Origin: a virus
IMG/VR virus record: IMGVR_UViG_3300012944_000006
DNA length: 64,000 nt
Reading direction: 5' to 3' (one strand)
The position numbers were made by a program, and so were the translations under genes. This document shows, in pieces, positions 53,606 to 61,687 of this stretch (the first letter of the stretch is position 1; each line of letters begins with the position of its first letter). The notes under the pieces are model-generated. The model made no database searches and was not told the DNA's origin. It was given only the letters and a program-made list of their open reading frames with translations.

Positions 53606-55044
53606 ATAGCGGTGGGCACCAGTGTTGCACTCTTTGCGATAAAGGCAACGGTAGTATTAGCTGGAACGGAAACAGCCTGTGCTGTAAATCCACCAGCGAT
53701 AGGCGTTAAGGAAACTCGTACCGGAGTTGCGGTAGCATTGCTGGCGTTGAGTGTGTACATTAGACCAGCAGTATTTGAGACCGTAGCGTTGTTAAAGGTA
53801 ATTGTTCCTGTGCTTATTGGAGAGGCCGTAGGGTTGGCAATGATAATTACATTTGCCGTAGTCGTATAGAATGCACTGGATTGAAGACCTGCGGTGCTTG
53901 TTCCGGGGGAGATAGATGTAGCTAGACTGGCCCCAGTACTTGCTCCCAGATAGCTTGTTGAATTAACCAGCTGATAGAAGTAAAAATTTGAATTGGGTAT
54001 AAGCGGTGGTTGTGAACATGTCATTGTCACCGGGTCCCAGAAGAGACAAAAGAATGTACCGGAACCAGAACTAGCTGCCGCATATTGATCAGCTTGTGTG
54101 ATCTTGGAGTTCGCCCAGTCCATGAAAGATATTGAATCCCAAAGGGGACCAAATGTTGCATCGTTCCTGCAACAGTCAGAACTAAAAGCTGAACTTGTGG
54201 CGGACTCAGTTACAAAAATTGGAGTTGTAGAAGCACTAGGTTGAGTTCCTGCTCGTACGAGGGTTGTGATTGAAGAGGCAAGAGCTTGCTGTCCTGCACC
54301 AGCATCTTGTAACGTGTTGAAACAAGTAGTCCAAGTTCCTGTGCATCCGGCTAGATAAGAATGATAGTCTACAAACTGTACTGATGGTGCGGTTCCTGTA
54401 TTGCCCAGAAGACCTGTGGAAGCATTCGAAAGCCAAGCTGCCGCATTGGTTGCAGGTGCTCCAAGAACAGGGCCACCCACCAAAGCGGTAGAACTGTCGG
54501 CTACAACCTGTGCAATCATGGCAGGTCCAGCAGCCGTATAGAGGGGAATATAGGCCTGGAGATTTGTTCCACTTCCAGGACAGAATTGACCTGTTAGATC
54601 GTATTCATTGCCTACTTCCCAATATAGAACTAAACCGGGATGCAATCCATCCACGTGTGCGATAGCTGCAGCGGCTCTTGTTGCCCATGTGGTATTGTTA
54701 CTGGGAGGAGTACAACCCGATGCTCCTAAGTCCGGAGGAGTCAATTCAATAGATACTATAAGTTTATATCCACGAGCAGCAGCAAGAGTTGTTATTCCGT
54801 CAATTGATGTATAACTTGGGGTGCAAGGGCTTGGGCAATTGGCCCAGACTTGTTGTAGAGAGATGAACTCTCGGGATAGAGTTACTCCCGCATTTGTCAA
54901 TAAGCCTGTGCTATTTACATCTAAGTGGGACATAGTGTTTGTCCCTTGTACTACTAGCGGTGTTCCTCCTGTGAAGCTTGCACTTACCGCCCCAAAGGAA
55001 TTAGATACCATTAATAGAATTAATGACAGATATCGTAGCTTCAT
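53602..55044 (-). CDS. signal-peptide-bearing clan GH-A-like glycoside hydrolase
   Basis: MKLRYLSLILLMVSNSFGAVSA; LYWEVGNEYD (acid/base NE motif) and PIFVTESA (candidate nucleophile Glu). Confidence 0.6.
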   Translation of the reverse strand: MKLRYLSLILLMVSNSFGAVSASFTGGTPLVVQGTNTMSHLDVNSTGLLTNAGVTLSREFISLQQVWANCPSPCTPSYTSIDGITTLAAARGYKLIVSIELTPPDLGASGCTPPSNNTTWATRAAAAIAHVDGLHPGLVLYWEVGNEYDLTGQFCPGSGTNLQAYIPLYTAAGPAMIAQVVADSSTALVGGPVLGAPATNAAAWLSNASTGLLGNTGTAPSVQFVDYHSYLAGCTGTWTTCFNTLQDAGAGQQALASSITTLVRAGTQPSASTTPIFVTESATSSAFSSDCCRNDATFGPLWDSISFMDWANSKITQADQYAAASSGSGTFFCLFWDPVTMTCSQPPLIPNSNFYFYQLVNSTSYLGASTGASLATSISPGTSTAGLQSSAFYTTTANVIIIANPTASPISTGTITFNNATVSNTAGLMYTLNASNATATPVRVSLTPIAGGFTAQAVSVPANTTVAFIAKSATLVPTAI

Positions 55045-55655
55045 TTTATAGCTGAGATGTTAAGTGTATATGTAGGAACGTTTGCAGTAGCATTGTTAAC
55101 ATTGGTCAGTTTGACAACAACAGTGTTGACTGCAGTAACTCGATAGCTATACCGGATACCAGAACCGAAGTCGATGGATGGATTGACGTAAACCACTGCT
55201 GGCATACCCGGTGCGGGGATGCCAGAGAGCGTATAAGATCTTGATTGCTCAGAGAAAGCTGTGATGCTTGTAGCAGGAACGGCAATAGAAGTTCCAAAAA
55301 CTCCTGATCCACTTGAAGGTACATAGGGTGTTAACTTAATCTGAGAAACTCCTCCCACAGTCGTAAGAGTTTCTAAATAGGTTCCATCAGGATAGTTCGT
55401 TCCACCGGTAAGATTAATTGAATTACTTTGAAGATTTGGTGCCTTGAAGATGGTACCATCGAAACTAAGTCCTTGTGGAAGACCTGCCTTAACAGTACAG
55501 GACCACAATCCGGTGACAGGATCAGCTACAATTGTTGTTCCATCCGGCTGTGGGAGATTGAAAGTTACTCCTGGATAACTAAACGAAGGGACTACAACCT
55601 GTTGCGCTGCCACCGGAAGTCCCAGTGCAAGAAGAAATAAAGCTAGTGTTTTCAC
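55041..55655 (-). CDS. signal-peptide-bearing beta-rich protein
   Basis: MKTLALFLLALGLPVAAQQ. Confidence 0.55.
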   Translation of the reverse strand: MKTLALFLLALGLPVAAQQVVVPSFSYPGVTFNLPQPDGTTIVADPVTGLWSCTVKAGLPQGLSFDGTIFKAPNLQSNSINLTGGTNYPDGTYLETLTTVGGVSQIKLTPYVPSSGSGVFGTSIAVPATSITAFSEQSRSYTLSGIPAPGMPAVVYVNPSIDFGSGIRYSYRVTAVNTVVVKLTNVNNATANVPTYTLNISAIK

Positions 55656-57454
55656 TGCGCTCCTTGTGATTGATTACCAAACAATTCAAAATTACCTGCC
55701 AAAATTCCTCGGGGTGCTGTAGGAATTATAATTGGATTGATTGTATATGCACAGGATGTGATAGTACTATCCAAGAACCCTGTACCTCCAGCTACAGAGA
55801 ATAATGTAGAAGTAGAAGGAACTGAAACTAATCCGGTGTACAGAGTACTTCCTCCACCACAACCCGTTGTTCCATTAGTTGCAGGTGATCCTGTAGTATT
55901 GTAGCATATGATAGCTCCACCGGACGTTGAAGACAAAGCAATATTCTGAGTTCCTGTGTAGGTTCCTGCTACTGGAGAACAGGTCGGAGCATTAGCCGTT
56001 GGAGTTCCTGATTGGAACTGAGCAGCTCCACGATCATCTACATAAGCATTACCGTAAAGATCTGTGGTATCCCAAGGTGCGCCAAGTGCCAAACGACTTT
56101 GATAGTTGGCGTTCTGTGAAGCAAGCTGCGCTCCGAGATTGATATTAGTAAAAGGATTAGGCGCTCCGCTAGTAACAACTACGCTATGAGCACCCCCATC
56201 ACCCGTTCCAGAATTAAGGAAGGTGTTATAATCTCCCGTAATGCCAGCACCACCACCATTACTAGAACCATTACAGTTATAATAGAGATTGTTTTTAAAT
56301 ACATTGCCGCTACCTGCTTGAAGAACTGAGCCGCAACCTGTACCAGAACTATTCGGATAAGACAAGGTGTTGTTATATACCAACCAATTGACCGCTTGGC
56401 AGTTGTTACCAGACTGGAAACATCCAAGCCAACCGTCATTATGACGACAGGTTGTACCAGTACCACCGGCAGAACAGAAGTCGGTGTTGTTATAGATCTC
56501 GATATCTGTGTCGGTTCCTGTAGCTACACCGACTACATCTCCATTTGTCTGCTGATCACGGAAGACATTGTGATGTATGAGACTTGAGGTATTGTTACCT
56601 TGAAGTTGTACAGCTTCACCGTGATTAATGCTGCCGTCAAACAAGCCCCATACATAGTTATGATCAAAGCTTCCACTATTCCATCCACCACTGACAATTG
56701 TAAGAAATGTAGTACCTGCATTATGTAAGTAACTATTGGTAACAGTAACACCAGTTAAAGCACCGCCATTAGCAAACCAGAAGTAGGTTTCTGAGTTGTT
56801 GTTGCCGTTGCTGTTCAGTCCTTGGCCGAACCACTCAACCGATGTCCAGATGATACCATTTGCCCCTGTATGCATTACACCGTTGCCACCGTCGCAACCA
56901 TTTGTTGCGGTGGATGTACAGGTTGAATCATCAATTATGATTCCACATTGAGTTGGACTTGGGGAAGGACCCGTCATTGCTCCAGGTGGATTGTGATTAA
57001 CTCCGCCGCAACCAACATCATCTAAAGCTGAAGGGTTGCCATTGAAAGTTGTATTAGCACCAATAGCAGACACGATTGTACCAGAACCAGCCGAGCGCCA
57101 TGCAGCTTGACCTGATCCCATTGTGGATGTATTCCAACCAGCTCCAATCCCACAACCATTACCGAAGTCATAGTTTTGGGCTTTGCGTATCTCAGCTTGT
57201 CCACTTGCACCGCTGGTAGTATGACTAAAGGCATGACCATATGTATTAATGGGACTGGCACTTGGAGCACTACCGTGCGTCCCATCACCATCGGCTAGAT
57301 AATAAATATCCCCTCGCACTAAATTGGAGGGAAGAAGTTCCATGTTATTCCAATCAGCGCCTGTACCGCCACCTGTTGCAGCAGGACCAACAGCATGACA
57401 AGCAGCAAATACCGGAGTCGATAAAGCGAATAGTGCAAGAATTAAACGTTTCAT
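55652..57454 (-). CDS. signal/lipobox-bearing right-handed beta-helix-like protein (polysaccharide lyase/hydrolase type)
   Basis: Trimmed to MKRLILALFALSTPVFAAC; Gly/Asn/Thr-rich periodic segments (NNTDF, NNTLSY, NNLYYNC). Confidence 0.55.
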   Translation of the reverse strand: MKRLILALFALSTPVFAACHAVGPAATGGGTGADWNNMELLPSNLVRGDIYYLADGDGTHGSAPSASPINTYGHAFSHTTSGASGQAEIRKAQNYDFGNGCGIGAGWNTSTMGSGQAAWRSAGSGTIVSAIGANTTFNGNPSALDDVGCGGVNHNPPGAMTGPSPSPTQCGIIIDDSTCTSTATNGCDGGNGVMHTGANGIIWTSVEWFGQGLNSNGNNNSETYFWFANGGALTGVTVTNSYLHNAGTTFLTIVSGGWNSGSFDHNYVWGLFDGSINHGEAVQLQGNNTSSLIHHNVFRDQQTNGDVVGVATGTDTDIEIYNNTDFCSAGGTGTTCRHNDGWLGCFQSGNNCQAVNWLVYNNTLSYPNSSGTGCGSVLQAGSGNVFKNNLYYNCNGSSNGGGAGITGDYNTFLNSGTGDGGAHSVVVTSGAPNPFTNINLGAQLASQNANYQSRLALGAPWDTTDLYGNAYVDDRGAAQFQSGTPTANAPTCSPVAGTYTGTQNIALSSTSGGAIICYNTTGSPATNGTTGCGGGSTLYTGLVSVPSTSTLFSVAGGTGFLDSTITSCAYTINPIIIPTAPRGILAGNFELFGNQSQGAQ

Positions 57455-57461
57455 AGATCCT

Positions 57462-58286
57462 TTATTTAAAGAATGCTGCAATAGCAATAACGCTGGAATC
57501 GCCAGTATATGTTACCTGACAATTCGTAGCCGATCCGGTTGTTTGAATGTTGGTTCCAATCATAGAATCCCACTGGGCAGTTACTGAACCACCTGTGGGA
57601 ATAGCACAAGGGGCTGCAACTACAATAGCGGATGCTCCGATACCATTACCAGCACTACTTACCGCATAAAGCTCTCCATTGCCTGCGGGAGTAATTGAAC
57701 CCGGAGAGACCGCCGAACCCGCTGCAAATGCACCCGCAGAGGCAACATCAAGTGCGGGAGTGGCTCCTGTATAAGTGTAAGGAAACCCACCAATAGCAGC
57801 TCGGGTAGTAGTAGCACTAGTCAGAGTAAAAGAAAATGTATGTAATGTTCCTACTGTGCCATTGATAATGTAGCAAAGGTTCGTCCCGCTCGTACCTGTG
57901 TGAACAAAGATAACCGTGTTACAAGTAATTATATTGCTCTTACTATCCGTAACTGTAAAGGTATCAAGCGCTAATCCATGACCTACATCAATAAGTACAA
58001 GCTTGGCACTTGTGGTTGTACAAGTTCCTGTGGTAAGAGGCGTACTTGTCACCGCTACCGCACTGACCATTGTACAGTTAGTTCCAGTTGCAGCATATAA
58101 TGAACTAGCAGCAGTCCCTGTCCATGTTGATCCAATTGCAGGCATAGACTGTTGAATATAATCCCAACTAAGATACTTACTTTCTAACGAAGGAATAAAA
58201 TACGTCTTGTTCCCGCTATGCAATACCGTAGTACCGTGTGCAAAGGATGAAGCTAGAATGCAGAAAGCAATAAGCTTTTTAAACAT
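57462..58286 (-). CDS. signal-peptide-bearing Thr/Ala/Gly-rich protein
   Basis: Trimmed to MFKKLIAFCILASSFAHG (TAATG overlap with the upstream stop). Confidence 0.5.
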   Translation of the reverse strand: MFKKLIAFCILASSFAHGTTVLHSGNKTYFIPSLESKYLSWDYIQQSMPAIGSTWTGTAASSLYAATGTNCTMVSAVAVTSTPLTTGTCTTTSAKLVLIDVGHGLALDTFTVTDSKSNIITCNTVIFVHTGTSGTNLCYIINGTVGTLHTFSFTLTSATTTRAAIGGFPYTYTGATPALDVASAGAFAAGSAVSPGSITPAGNGELYAVSSAGNGIGASAIVVAAPCAIPTGGSVTAQWDSMIGTNIQTTGSATNCQVTYTGDSSVIAIAAFFK

Positions 58287-60067
58287 TACCGTGTTACGCC
58301 CCAATTAATTGTCAATGCTGCCGGAGTAAGAGAACCGCTGGTGTTATTGCAAACCTTAAAGTTAACGTTCCCAGATGTGGGATAAGACTGGATATAAAGG
58401 CTACCCGTAGCCGAAACTGCATATCCGGTTACAGCCGTAGGATCAGCATTTGGAGTAATCACAATTCGATCTGTAGTAGTAACACCAGTTGCCGCTACCG
58501 TGATTACGGTAGCACAAACTCCCGTAGTAATTGCACCCGTACCCATCGCAGTTGAACCACTAGCAATGGTCTGAGTAACCGTACCCTGTCCAAAGAGTGC
58601 TCCAGAAGGCAACCAGTTTACGTTGTCTGCACTTGAGAACACATCACACTGGTTGGTTCCAATTGTAAATGTCGTTCCAGCACCAGGCAAAAAAGCCCCT
58701 GCAGAGATCGTGAGGGTTACAAGTCCTGTGTTTTCATTACAAGCTTTGAACGAGAAGTTGTTACCTAGAGTTGCAGCCGTAGTAAGAGTAACAGCAACTG
58801 CAGAAGCGGAGTTATAAAGAACCGAGCTACCACGATCTGTTGCTACTACAGTATCAGTTGTGCCTGCAACAGTACGACCTGGAACACCAGAAAGACCCCA
58901 TGCAGCCGGTTGACCTACACCACCCGAAGGAGTTGAAGTAAGAATCTGAGGAACTCCGTTGGGAGTAGTTGGTAGGGTAGGAAGTCCAGTAATTGCTTCG
59001 CACTGTCCATCTGCCGGAACATATGCTTGAGCAGCCGTACCACAACCTGTCAAACCAGCCAAGAAGGAAGCCAAATCAGAAGCCACAGCAGCAACTGCAG
59101 TACCCGAGCCGTTAGTTCCTAGAAATTTAGAACTAATTAAAGCCGTATCTTTCAAAGAACTAAACGAACCCGCAGCCGGAGTCGTACCTCCAATCGCCGC
59201 CGGAGTTGCAAGATAAGTAGCTAAGTCTAAAGCAACAGGAGCAATAATAGAACCAGAAGGGGACCAACTGTAAACAAATACATGTCCACTGGTTGTAGGC
59301 CCTGCAATATAAGTTGTAGTGCCGGCTGCAGATTGATAAGGAGCCGAACCTAAAGCACCCCCACCAAGATTGGTAGAGGTAGTTGCAGTCGTAGCAGTTG
59401 TTGCGTTAGTGGCGTTTGTTGCATTGGTCGCTGTTGCCGCGTTTCCGGTGTAATTGCTACCAGCAATCTCAAACTTAACTATACCACCAGATGTATTCGT
59501 AGCCGTGATAGACAAACCTACGCTGTTAGTAACAGAATTTATAAGATTCAAAAGCGTCTGATTTAAGTTCGGAGTACCGTTGGTTTGAGTAGCTGGACCA
59601 CTTCCACCACCACCTGTCGCTGCAGTACAACTTGTCCCATTACAAACATATACAGTATTAGTACCAGTATCGGCACTGATTGTACCAGCATTTATTAAAA
59701 AACTTAAAGTTCCTGCAGATCGCGCAGAAGCAGTTGTAACCTGTCCATTGTTTGGATTGGTATTACTAGCAACCGATTGAACATAATAGTTATACTGGAT
59801 ACCCGCAGTCAACCCAGTAAGACTGACACTATGAGTAAGGACCAATGTAGGATCTAAGGTTGAACTACTACCAGTCGCACCAAGTTGACCATAAAAGACT
59901 TGAGACGAAGAAGCAATGTCCGTAGTCCATATGATTGTAGCTGATGTCGAGGCTACAGTTCCCACCCCAACACCAGAAATAACTGGGGGTACTGCAGTAG
60001 GAAGTTGAGCTTGAAGCGGGGCAACTATGCCCAAAATCAAACCAAGTATATATGTAAAACGTTTCAT
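58286..60067 (-). CDS. signal-peptide-bearing fibre-like protein with FN3-like N-domain
   Basis: Trimmed to MKRFTYILGLILGIVAPLQAQ; SATIIWTTDIASSSQVFYG; NATNATNATNATTATTATT run; motif copy upstream. Confidence 0.55.
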   Translation of the reverse strand: MKRFTYILGLILGIVAPLQAQLPTAVPPVISGVGVGTVASTSATIIWTTDIASSSQVFYGQLGATGSSSTLDPTLVLTHSVSLTGLTAGIQYNYYVQSVASNTNPNNGQVTTASARSAGTLSFLINAGTISADTGTNTVYVCNGTSCTAATGGGGSGPATQTNGTPNLNQTLLNLINSVTNSVGLSITATNTSGGIVKFEIAGSNYTGNAATATNATNATNATTATTATTSTNLGGGALGSAPYQSAAGTTTYIAGPTTSGHVFVYSWSPSGSIIAPVALDLATYLATPAAIGGTTPAAGSFSSLKDTALISSKFLGTNGSGTAVAAVASDLASFLAGLTGCGTAAQAYVPADGQCEAITGLPTLPTTPNGVPQILTSTPSGGVGQPAAWGLSGVPGRTVAGTTDTVVATDRGSSVLYNSASAVAVTLTTAATLGNNFSFKACNENTGLVTLTISAGAFLPGAGTTFTIGTNQCDVFSSADNVNWLPSGALFGQGTVTQTIASGSTAMGTGAITTGVCATVITVAATGVTTTDRIVITPNADPTAVTGYAVSATGSLYIQSYPTSGNVNFKVCNNTSGSLTPAALTINWGVTR

Positions 60068-60081
60068 TCTCTGTCTTTCAG

Positions 60082-60102
60082 ATAGGGGATTATGGCCTGG
60101 TG
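60082..60102 (-). promoter_or_regulatory. dispersed motif copy
   Basis: - strand reads caccaggccataatcccctat then ctgaaagacagaga ATG 60067; also encodes the endonuclease VII C-terminus. Confidence 0.5.
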
Positions 60103-60395
60103 TTAGCATCGGTTGATAAATAATTAATCGCTTTTTGTAGTAATTCTGGCGAGTCTTTAAATTTATCTAATGCTGTATTACATAGATGGCAAAGTAGTCC
60201 TCTTACTTTTCTGGTATTGGGATCTCGGTCTATACACAATCTAGTATGTTTCTTATCAAAGTTTGTCTTTTTACAGATGGCACAAACTCCATTTTCTTGT
60301 TCTAAGAAATCTTCATATCGTTGGATAGATAAACCATGATAACGAGCATAAGATCTTTCTATCTCATATGGGGATAATTCATATTGATTTAACAA
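60090..60395 (-). CDS. recombination endonuclease VII-family nuclease
   Basis: CAICKK...LCIDRDPNTRKVRGLLCHLCNTAL matches the Endonuclease_7 layout. Confidence 0.8.
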   Translation of the reverse strand: MLNQYELSPYEIERSYARYHGLSIQRYEDFLEQENGVCAICKKTNFDKKHTRLCIDRDPNTRKVRGLLCHLCNTALDKFKDSPELLQKAINYLSTDANTRP

Positions 60396-60409
60396 TTGAT
60401 ATAAATCCT

Positions 60410-61687
60410 CTAGATTCCCAGACTTGGGTAGTCTAAACGATTTCCATATTGGTATTGACTGGTGGAATCCGGGGTGATGTAATCCGTCTTTCTAAAATTG
60501 ACGTTAAGATCTTTTCTAATCTGACGGATGCCATCTAGAAACTCTTGCTTCCAGATAGAAGCCTTACTATAGTCACCCGAGCGTGGGGGATTATTGCTAA
60601 TGGGGTTTTGATATAGTTCGGTGAAGAAGTTAACTCCAGCAATCACAACATCCTTGTAGATGTCTGGAATGGAAAGCACATCAGTGATATTTCGAATTAT
60701 GGGACGTTGCCTAAAGTATCTAAATTCAATTACATAGCCGAACAGCGGTTCCAAGTTACTTGACTGCGGAGCCGTTCTTGTGTTTAGTACAATACCACTG
60801 GTAGGCTCTACGAAGTTTCCAGTCAACGGACTTATGTTCTGTAAGGTCATATCGTTTGGTCCACTCGGACCCATGCCTACATATAGATTCCAACGATTGT
60901 ATTGAACATTGGCTGCTGATGCAATCTCAGGCAGAGGTTGTGCAGCATTGAGTAAGAAACCAGATGGAATGAAAATGGTAGCAAACTGGGCTGATGGAGT
61001 TCCCTCATTGTTCTGAGTATCCACGAACGTAGCCGATACGTAATAGGTTCTAGCTGGTAAAGCTCCTCCAGCACTGAGGGTACAGTATGGGGGAAGCGGA
61101 ACGGGAACATATGCGTTCTGATTGTCTGGGATTGGAAAGATATCTAACTCACCCGGATTAGTGATCTCATAATGAAACGAGCGAGGCCTATCATATCGAG
61201 GAGAAGTATCTTGATAGGAGTAGGCAGGCGAGTTTAGTACTTTGAAGGAATCCGGCATAAGCTGACGCCAGTTAGATCCATCAAAAACTTGATCATTGGG
61301 GATTGACCAGACATCAGGCAGAGCCAATCCTGTTTGAACTGTACCTGCGGGAGCCGTTCCATTAGCAATCCAGTATCGTCCTTGTCCAGGTTGGGTAATG
61401 AATTTCTGCTTTTCAGATAACAAGAACTGCCATTGAGATTCTCTAAGAATCCTCTGCTGGACACGATTTACATAGTCAAGAATCTGAGTCCGATTTGTCG
61501 TTCGAACCTGGGCATCTCCGATCACAGCATTAATAATATCGTTAGCTGTGGTTGTATAAAATCCACCTGAAGGAATAGTCCCACTACTACCTATAAGAGT
61601 AGTGGTGAGACTCCCATCTGGATCAACGTTTAGACTCCAGAACTGTCCGAGATCATCGGTGAAATAAGCAAAAGAAGGAACTGACAT
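60410..61687 (-). CDS. tail/baseplate-block protein
   Basis: 425-aa ORF between the spike and the nuclease. Confidence 0.5.
   Translation of the reverse strand: MSVPSFAYFTDDLGQFWSLNVDPDGSLTTTLIGSSGTIPSGGFYTTTANDIINAVIGDAQVRTTNRTQILDYVNRVQQRILRESQWQFLLSEKQKFITQPGQGRYWIANGTAPAGTVQTGLALPDVWSIPNDQVFDGSNWRQLMPDSFKVLNSPAYSYQDTSPRYDRPRSFHYEITNPGELDIFPIPDNQNAYVPVPLPPYCTLSAGGALPARTYYVSATFVDTQNNEGTPSAQFATIFIPSGFLLNAAQPLPEIASAANVQYNRWNLYVGMGPSGPNDMTLQNISPLTGNFVEPTSGIVLNTRTAPQSSNLEPLFGYVIEFRYFRQRPIIRNITDVLSIPDIYKDVVIAGVNFFTELYQNPISNNPPRSGDYSKASIWKQEFLDGIRQIRKDLNVNFRKTDYITPDSTSQYQYGNRLDYPSLGI

Noticed and set aside
53594-53869. Ala/Val-rich + strand ORF, and many similar 60-150-aa ORFs antisense to or nested in large genes (e.g. 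1156-1569, 8176-8604, 9016-9444, 27303-27860, 43365-43826, 50508-50972)
   Set aside because: These are shadow ORFs inside longer, motif-supported genes. They have no independent start signals, and their composition mirrors the complementary codons.
3309-60102. Sigma-54 (-24 GG / -12 GC) or canonical sigma-70 -35/-10 reading of the dispersed motif
   Set aside because: The conserved blocks ACCAGGC and CCCCT are only 5-8 nt apart. This fits neither the TGGCAC-N5-TTGC spacing nor a 16-18 nt -35/-10 spacer. The promoter idea is kept only as an atypical, phage-specific one.
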